In this document: piece after piece, positions 58,016-64,000 of the stretch
Layout of the letters: each line of letters opens with the position of its first letter
Numbering within the stretch: the first letter of the stretch is position 1
Made by a program: the position numbers and the translations under genes
IMG/VR virus record: IMGVR_UViG_3300042868_013845
Span: 1 to 64,000 of that record
DNA from: a virus
Strand: one strand, 5' to 3'
DNA length: 64,000 bases
The notes under the pieces: generated by a model
Told to the model about the DNA's origin: nothing
Seen by the model: the letters and a program-made list of their open reading frames with translations, nothing else
Databases searched by the model: none

Positions 58016-58648
58016 CTAGTTTTGTTGTTTTGTAAATAACGAAACGATAATTTCTCTATATTTTTTCTTATTGAATCGAGAACTCAAAAAGGGACTATAG
58101 GCTCTTATCAGGTGTGATAGGTTTCTTGATATCTCAAGAGGATCACTCAATTTTTTATCTAGATCACGAGAAAAACCAAGTAGCGATTCTAAACAAGCTA
58201 GAGTCTCTAGAGATATTTCACCCGATCTATATAATCTATATATGGTTGGAATTTGTGTAGTGTCCTGAGGACATATCGCGATATCGAAGTCTGACTCAAT
58301 ATCACGAACCTTAGACATATCCGACCTAAAGTTGTAATCAAGGTTTTGGAGTTTGCCAAGCCATATTTCATAGTCTTCAGAATTCATATCACCAATCCAG
58401 CTTTTGCCATTGATAATATTAGCAACAACATAATATATTGCGCTATCTCGATTATGAAATTGTTTAGCGAGTCTTTCATAATGGTGCCTTTGACCCATTT
58501 TCATAAAGGTCTCGCGTTTGCATCGAGGACCCTTAAAATTAAACTCAAAGGCATTGTAATTTTTGCCTGGTGTAAAATGTAATTTGCATGCAACAAATAT
58601 ACTCCAAGCATCAATTGGATTTAATTTTTCGCATGATGATAGTTGCAT
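58016..58648 (-). CDS. gp59: Helicase loader
   Basis: KLHFT, WIGDM, ISLETL, YSPFL; between gp33 and gp32. Confidence 0.85.
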   Translation of the reverse strand: MQLSSCEKLNPIDAWSIFVACKLHFTPGKNYNAFEFNFKGPRCKRETFMKMGQRHHYERLAKQFHNRDSAIYYVVANIINGKSWIGDMNSEDYEIWLGKLQNLDYNFRSDMSKVRDIESDFDIAICPQDTTQIPTIYRLYRSGEISLETLACLESLLGFSRDLDKKLSDPLEISRNLSHLIRAYSPFLSSRFNKKKYREIIVSLFTKQQN

Positions 58649-58911
58649 TAGGCTGGTAATTCGACAGTGTTATTATTTCTCGGCAATAGATTTGATCGTT
58701 TTGCTTCTTGTTCTAATTTGCTGCGTAATGAACTATCAACTAATTGCCCAATATCCTCAGGATCAATCTTTAACTCTTCACAAATATGCAGCGCAGCTTC
58801 AATATATGTCATATCATCTCTAAAGACGTGTATGCCAACTCTCTTAGCAAATTCCTCTTTAGAAATAGCAAAACCCAATGCGTCAATAACTTCTTTTTCT
58901 ATTTTTTTCAT
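58648..58911 (-). CDS. gp33: Late transcription coactivator
   Basis: YIEAALHICEELKIDPE...LRSKLEQEA..NLL. Confidence 0.88.
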   Translation of the reverse strand: MKKIEKEVIDALGFAISKEEFAKRVGIHVFRDDMTYIEAALHICEELKIDPEDIGQLVDSSLRSKLEQEAKRSNLLPRNNNTVELPA

Positions 58912-59350
58912 CTATATTATTTTTTAAAATTTGTGAACCAGAAAGACTTCTCATTTGTTTAGCAAGTTCTTTGTCATCTATTGTATGGAGTTTTTTCATA
59001 TCGGCAACATTCCAACCAATCATAGGCACATTATATGATGTAGTATATTTTACATAATCTTTTCGATTTGTACATTCAAAAATGTTAATAGTATCATTAA
59101 TATCATATTCAACAAAGATTAATCGATCAACCTTCATGCACTTTTCAAAATTCGTTTGTTTGTCTGCACGAATCGTGAATAGATTTCGACTATGAAACCG
59201 ATATTGTGTTTTGATTTCAACAGTTTTGCCGTTAATATCAATGCCGTCTTTTTCACTATCAAAAACATCCTCTGACAATTCACAATATTCTAATCTTGCG
59301 AAAAGATCTTCTCCTAATTTACCTAACGTTCTGCGGTTGTCTTGATTCAT
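58883..59350 (-). CDS. Putative PD-(D/E)xK nuclease
   Basis: LGKLGE helix, KD, VEIKT pattern. Confidence 0.55.
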   Translation of the reverse strand: MNQDNRRTLGKLGEDLFARLEYCELSEDVFDSEKDGIDINGKTVEIKTQYRFHSRNLFTIRADKQTNFEKCMKVDRLIFVEYDINDTINIFECTNRKDYVKYTTSYNVPMIGWNVADMKKLHTIDDKELAKQMRSLSGSQILKNNIDEKNRKRSY

Positions 59351-60585
59351 CGAGTCTCTGAAGTTTTAATTATAATCATATTTGAATTGATTCGACCATT
59401 GACTGCTTTCTTTTTGGTAGTTAGAGCTTCAAGTGCCTTATCAAGTTTTTTATCAGTCATGCTAATCACATTTGCCAGCACATCCTGCGGCTTACGACAA
59501 CTAATCGCATAGCTTGATGATGGCTCATAGTTGAGTAGAGTGCTGCCTTTAACACTAAAGCCCGAAGCATTTTGTGCATAATAGACAAGCAGCTGTTTGT
59601 TTTTCGTATTAAACAAATAGAGTCTTTGAGCAAAAGGTATGCGCGTTGGATCAACGCTTGCAATATTATATTCTTTACTATCACGTGCATAGTTTAGTTT
59701 ATTAACTTGCGTAGCTGCTGCTTTTGGCTTTTTAACTCGAGGCTTGCGAGTGCCAGCTTTGATCTTGCCATATTGAACCAATGATTCGCTCATGCCTGAA
59801 AAGATTTCAATGATTTTTCTCAATTGAGCGCGTGATAGCCAACTATATGCCTGCACAAGTTGTGGACACTCTTTGTCATAGGCTTCTTGAAATTCTTGAG
59901 CGTGACGTGCTATCCAAGCTTTGATTGGAGATAGACCAGCTGCTGGCACATTATGAGCTCTACATACCGATGCGATGTCACAACCATTGATTTTTGATGG
60001 TGTGATATCGCTAGTGATATCGCAAAGACCATCAAGCCATGACTCAAGCTCGGGCAAGATATTGCCTTCAACAGCACGTATCATGCGTTCATGTGGATTG
60101 ACTGTTACTTTTTTTGGTTTTTCAACAGCAGATAGCATTGTTGCTAATTTTAGATCTGGCAACACGCGATCAATCTCTTCGCGTATAATGTTTGATGCTG
60201 ATCGAGGTTGTGGAGATTGTTCTTCTGTTTCAAACTTTTTCCAATGTGATGCTGCATCAGGATGAAGATCGGGCATGCCGCGTTGCAGCATACGACATAG
60301 CTTGCCAATAGTTGAAGTTAGCGTATAGTTTGGAGCACTAGAAATTGTTGTGACATCAGTTTTACTATAACCATTTTCGGCCATCCACTTTGTTACAAAT
60401 GGCAGCAAACTGCCGCTGTCACAATAATATGCATAAAAGCCAAGAGCTCGTGTGAGTCTTGCATAATAGACATCAACAGCAAGAGAGGAGGCATCAGACC
60501 ATGACGGCTCCTCTCCAGTATATTTTACATCAAAGGCAGCAACATTGCCGCGTTTATCAAGTATCTTATTTTTCATGATCTGCAC
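59347..60585 (-). CDS. Conserved hypothetical protein of T4-like phages
   Basis: GEEP N-terminus; QLVQAYS; RKPRVKK; LYLFNTKNK; GFSVKGSTL; NGRIN C-terminus. Confidence 0.7.
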   Translation of the reverse strand: MQIMKNKILDKRGNVAAFDVKYTGEEPSWSDASSLAVDVYYARLTRALGFYAYYCDSGSLLPFVTKWMAENGYSKTDVTTISSAPNYTLTSTIGKLCRMLQRGMPDLHPDAASHWKKFETEEQSPQPRSASNIIREEIDRVLPDLKLATMLSAVEKPKKVTVNPHERMIRAVEGNILPELESWLDGLCDITSDITPSKINGCDIASVCRAHNVPAAGLSPIKAWIARHAQEFQEAYDKECPQLVQAYSWLSRAQLRKIIEIFSGMSESLVQYGKIKAGTRKPRVKKPKAAATQVNKLNYARDSKEYNIASVDPTRIPFAQRLYLFNTKNKQLLVYYAQNASGFSVKGSTLLNYEPSSSYAISCRKPQDVLANVISMTDKKLDKALEALTTKKKAVNGRINSNMIIIKTSETR

Positions 60586-60865
60586 TAATTAGACTATCAA
60601 ATTTAAAACTCCGCCAGCCGTTTTTCTCGAGATCGTAAACTCGAATAGGAGAATCATCGTTCTCAGTAATTGTGTTTTTTGGAATTGCATCTTCGGGCAA
60701 GAGTGAGAGGTTTTTAGTAGCTCTCATAGCTCGATGCTCGCCATCCTTTTTAAGGAATGTGATATTGCACACACCGTTTCTTAAACTCTCTAAGAGTTGT
60801 TGTTTGTCCATCATAATAGTTTTTGCTCTTTCAGTTAAGTAGTGTAGATGTTCAACATTTAACAT
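60566..60865 (-). CDS. Small SH3/WYL-like beta-barrel protein (DUF2693-like)
   Basis: LRNGVCNITFLKKDGEHRAMRAT...VYDLEKNGWRSF. Confidence 0.75.
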   Translation of the reverse strand: MLNVEHLHYLTERAKTIMMDKQQLLESLRNGVCNITFLKKDGEHRAMRATKNLSLLPEDAIPKNTITENDDSPIRVYDLEKNGWRSFKFDSLISADHEK

Positions 60866-60871
60866 GCAGAC

Positions 60872-60900
60872 ATTATACCACAGATTATGCTATTTGTAAA
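60872..60900 (-). promoter_or_regulatory. Early promoter
   Basis: TTTACA-17bp-TATAAT with TGG extension; ATG 6 nt downstream. Confidence 0.8.
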
Positions 60901-60908
60901 TAACTTTT

Positions 60909-61856
60909 TTACTTAAAGGCTCTATTTTTTTCAAAGTCCCCAAAATCATGCCATTCGCGATAGCTATTCACTGAGTCAACATCTACTTTGGAGAGATTAC
61001 GATTAATATGAGCATCAGCTCCAACATTCATGAAGATTGCCCGCTCATTTGCTTTTTCGAAGAATGCTGGCCAAGCTTTGGCATCATATGCTGCAGTAGT
61101 TGGAAATGGCACTCTATTTGCTTGTGGATGAGGCTTTAAGAATGGCATTGTTGCGGTTTCAACAATTGCATCTCCCTTTTCGCCTTTGTGAATATTACGC
61201 GCAACCGCAACACCATATGCACCTGCTTCTGGCCAACCGATTTGACATGCGCGAGTCATTGTGCCTGTTGATACTGCACACCAAATCTCACTTGGTTCAT
61301 AGCCCAATTGAGTGCTAATCTTATCACACATTCTCACTAGACCAGCAGTAACCATACTATTGCCGCTTAATCCAAATGGCAGATATTGTGCATTATTCTC
61401 ACTTGCCCATTGCTTAGCATAGCTGTTTAATACTGGCATTGCTGCAATTCGAACAAATCTCATATCAACATGAGGATATGCAAAGAGCGCCGCTTGGTGA
61501 TCACTTACTCGTTTGCTGCTTGGACAAAAGAAAACAACCTTTTTATTATAGAGCTCAGCAAGCATACTAATAGCATCCATAGCATGACCTTGTCGAGGAG
61601 CACAATAAACAAGTGTATCATATGGACTTTCAGCAACTACTCGCTCTGCACCAAATGCCTTTAATCCACCTAGTGCAAGATCTGCACGTAGAACATGTCT
61701 GCCACCTTCAACTGTTTCAACAACAGGATCGTCGACTTTACTCTTAAAATCTCCCCATAGTTCCCGATAATAGTTGCGAGCTTCTGCTCGATTCATGCCC
61801 ATCGGTATATCTTTATTTTCAATGCTGTCTGTTATGCTAAACATGTTTGTCCCCAA
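60909..61856 (-). CDS. Fold-type II PLP-dependent enzyme, probable DNA-modification decarboxylase/lyase
   Basis: LRADLALGGLK (candidate PLP lysine), YLPFGL, WCAVSTGTMTRA, YDAKAW, FMNVG. Confidence 0.75.
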   Translation of the reverse strand: MGTNMFSITDSIENKDIPMGMNRAEARNYYRELWGDFKSKVDDPVVETVEGGRHVLRADLALGGLKAFGAERVVAESPYDTLVYCAPRQGHAMDAISMLAELYNKKVVFFCPSSKRVSDHQAALFAYPHVDMRFVRIAAMPVLNSYAKQWASENNAQYLPFGLSGNSMVTAGLVRMCDKISTQLGYEPSEIWCAVSTGTMTRACQIGWPEAGAYGVAVARNIHKGEKGDAIVETATMPFLKPHPQANRVPFPTTAAYDAKAWPAFFEKANERAIFMNVGADAHINRNLSKVDVDSVNSYREWHDFGDFEKNRAFK

Positions 61857-62827
61857 TCCCTTCTTCTGTAATATTCTGGTGATAGATGTACGCTGCTGCT
61901 ATTCTCCATATAGGTTTTTGCAAACTTTTCACCGTCCATGCTATACCATTCATTTGGAGGAGCTATAACTCTTCCGTCTGTTAACTTATTTAGTGTTTCA
62001 ATAAAACGCAGTGTGAGAGCTAGTCTCTGCTCTCGTGTGCCATAAAATGGAGAGCCTTTATAATAGCCAGTTTTTGGCAGCTTTCGCTCTTCATATTCAA
62101 CTGGCACTGGAGCAGTGTAACTTACATTGCAACCATATTCACTGCCAATTGCATCACCTTGTTTGACATATTCTTGCAGTAACTCATCTAGATTAAAGTT
62201 ATCATGACGCAACATATGATGGCGAATATCAATATTGCCAAGACAAAAAGAGATTTCGCCAAAGGGCTTACAGCCTCTAAATTCATGCTTCAAGCCTCGT
62301 TTTAAAGTGCCATATAACGTTTTACCGTTTGCTCGAAAAACAGCATCGCTTTTTCGACTAAAGCTCGGACTATGACTATCACCAATTGTTATGCCATCAA
62401 ATCGATTGGCAAAGACATTTGGCAAATCCTCCTGAGCTAGTTTTTTTACTCTCTGCAGATTTTTACTTAAAGCATCGCACCATTCCTTTGTTATGGCATG
62501 ATATGTCGTTGATGCACCAATTCTTTTTGAGAGCTGTTCTCCCCAATTAGGCATATCAATATCAAGACTAACTACGTTAGGATGTGCAGCTACTCGATTA
62601 ATGCGATCGTAAATTTCCTTTGTTGCTCCTCCGAAAAGATTAAGTGTGCCACCAAAATTGACACCATGTTCAATATAACAGACATCATAGTTAAGAATAT
62701 CTGGAGAACAGTTATGATTAATTGGAGCCTGAAGCTGATCACTCCATACACTGCTCCAGCCTAATACATGACTATTTTTTAGTCGAGGAATATTGCTAAT
62801 TGGATTTGTAATTATTGCGTTTGTCAT
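61832..62827 (-). CDS. Two-domain protein: BGT-like N-domain + SGNH hydrolase/acyltransferase domain
   Basis: NLFGG and DIDMP in the N-half; IGDSHS, LGNID and SVHL SGNH blocks in the C-half. Confidence 0.55.
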   Translation of the reverse strand: MTNAIITNPISNIPRLKNSHVLGWSSVWSDQLQAPINHNCSPDILNYDVCYIEHGVNFGGTLNLFGGATKEIYDRINRVAAHPNVVSLDIDMPNWGEQLSKRIGASTTYHAITKEWCDALSKNLQRVKKLAQEDLPNVFANRFDGITIGDSHSPSFSRKSDAVFRANGKTLYGTLKRGLKHEFRGCKPFGEISFCLGNIDIRHHMLRHDNFNLDELLQEYVKQGDAIGSEYGCNVSYTAPVPVEYEERKLPKTGYYKGSPFYGTREQRLALTLRFIETLNKLTDGRVIAPPNEWYSMDGEKFAKTYMENSSSVHLSPEYYRRRDWGQTCLA

Positions 62828-63828
62828 CTTGGATATATTTTTACATTATCACTTCGCTTTGCTAGATCAAAACTATCTGGGAAAATCCAGTTATATGGTA
62901 TGCGTTTAGTTGGTCGTTTCTCACCTCGACCAATCGCGAGATGTTTCCATGCGAAGCATGTTTTATCTTCACAATTTAACATCCTTTGACTTGTCATAGG
63001 ATTACGTGGATCCTCACAAAGTATTTTCATTTGATGCAGCCAAAGTTCTGCTTGTTTGTTAAGTGGTATAAATTCACCCTCTTCATCAACATCGTATTTG
63101 ACTTTGCCATTAAGATTATCACCACCAAAGATTTGATGCAAGCCATCAAAGTGTCCAGTGCCACCAAAAAGTAAACTTTCAGGATCAACGAGATGTGGAT
63201 AGCTCATTGCTATATAGCGTGCAGTATTTTTACAAGGATAGAGTGGACTGCGGAAATTTTGAGCTTTCTTAAAATAGGCCTCAAGCTTTTTAGCAAAGCC
63301 CATCATTGTATATGGCTTATCGCGACCTTCAAAAATATCCTTTAAGTCATGAGCAGCTCTTAATGGTCCATCAAGCAACCACTCTTTTACATTAGTGCCC
63401 TTTGGATAATAGATTTGGAAAAGATCATTACGAGCATGTCGATTATGTGCAAAATGTTCGCGTGTTGCATCAACGCCATGATCCTTTAATAGTTTGAAAG
63501 TTCCCCAGTGTTCATTGCTAAAACTAAATACAAGTGTATAGAATAATCGATCAACTGGATCAGTTACCTCTGCCATCTCATAGCAATATGGATGTTCATG
63601 CCAATGCAATCGATGACTAAAGATTTGATAGTCATCGCGTAACAATCGATCATCTCGTTCGTCAAAGACTCGACAAAAATTAAAAAAAGCTTCTAGTCGC
63701 GTATCGAGGCTATGCTCTCTCATCCAACTATCTTTAGGCTTTTTGCCCTTCATTGCCACATCGACAAGTTCTGGCCAAACAATATCAATTGTTGGCTCAT
63801 CAATAAATTCGCTTAAACTGTTTTGCAT
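62824..63828 (-). CDS. Divergent aGPT-Pplase / amino acid:DNA transferase-like protein (HhH glycosylase superfamily)
   Basis: GGTGHFDGLHQIFG and NCEDKTCFAWKH resemble the family's GPG..GL..IF and E..LCE..K motifs; adjacent to a PLP enzyme. Confidence 0.5.
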   Translation of the reverse strand: MQNSLSEFIDEPTIDIVWPELVDVAMKGKKPKDSWMREHSLDTRLEAFFNFCRVFDERDDRLLRDDYQIFSHRLHWHEHPYCYEMAEVTDPVDRLFYTLVFSFSNEHWGTFKLLKDHGVDATREHFAHNRHARNDLFQIYYPKGTNVKEWLLDGPLRAAHDLKDIFEGRDKPYTMMGFAKKLEAYFKKAQNFRSPLYPCKNTARYIAMSYPHLVDPESLLFGGTGHFDGLHQIFGGDNLNGKVKYDVDEEGEFIPLNKQAELWLHQMKILCEDPRNPMTSQRMLNCEDKTCFAWKHLAIGRGEKRPTKRIPYNWIFPDSFDLAKRSDNVKIYPR

Positions 63829-63998
63829 AGATCTTTATATTGTTGCACGCTCATGCCTGCACTCTTAATTATAGCGTCATCACTTGGATGATTTTTCATG
63901 CCGTTGAATGTTTTGATTAGACCATGTTCTAACATAGCCTTTTGTCGGCCATAAGGATGGTCCTTGATGCGACAGCTACTCCATATTGAGTCAAGATC
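63813..63998 (-). CDS. C-terminus of a gene truncated by the window edge, probably in the same operon
   Basis: Hand translation ...DLDSIWSSCRIKDHPYGRQKAMLEHGLIKTFNGMKNHPSDDAIIKSAGMSVQQYKDLCKTV*; overlaps the next start. Confidence 0.6.
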   Translation of the reverse strand, partial: DLDSIWSSCRIKDHPYGRQKAMLEHGLIKTFNGMKNHPSDDAIIKSAGMSVQQYKDLCKTV

Positions 63999-64000
63999 AA

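Noticed and set aside
82-63174. Many short ORFs in the track lying antisense or out of frame within identified genes (e.g. 457-1209 +, 26324-26977 +, 56034-56681 -)
   Set aside because: Shadow frames of well-supported genes, with no motifs or promoters

Overview
A 64-kb segment of a large T4-like myophage genome with cyanophage/pelagiphage-type gene order. Left to right: a HExxH+vWA (CobT-like) gene; gp46, gp47, gp55, UvsW, UvsY; head, tail and neck genes (gp3, 23, 22, 21, 67-like, 20, 19, 18, 17, 16, 15, 14, 13); a holin-like gene; a fibre/receptor-binding region; the baseplate module (DUF4815-like, gp8, 7-like, 6, 25, a split gp5, hub, 53, 48, 4, 54, 26, 51, tape measure); gp32, gp59, gp33; and, at the right edge, part of a probable DNA hypermodification cluster. 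I saw no tRNA, CRISPR array, integrase or reverse transcriptase. Five observations stand out. (1) Five early promoters have their -35 box starting exactly 35 nt before a start codon, implying leaderless mRNAs; two of them form a duplicated antisense cassette encoding 22/23-aa MHLRLNEMK peptides. (2) The gp22 scaffold carries two non-scaffold domains between prohead-protease-type cleavage sites. (3) A T TTT TTC slippery site could fuse gp26 to gp51 just upstream of the tape measure gene. (4) The modification cluster includes an apparent fusion of a beta-glucosyltransferase N-domain with an SGNH domain. (5) gp5 is split, with a CHAP domain instead of lysozyme and an HxH tip. All calls come from motif recognition by eye; no searches were run.
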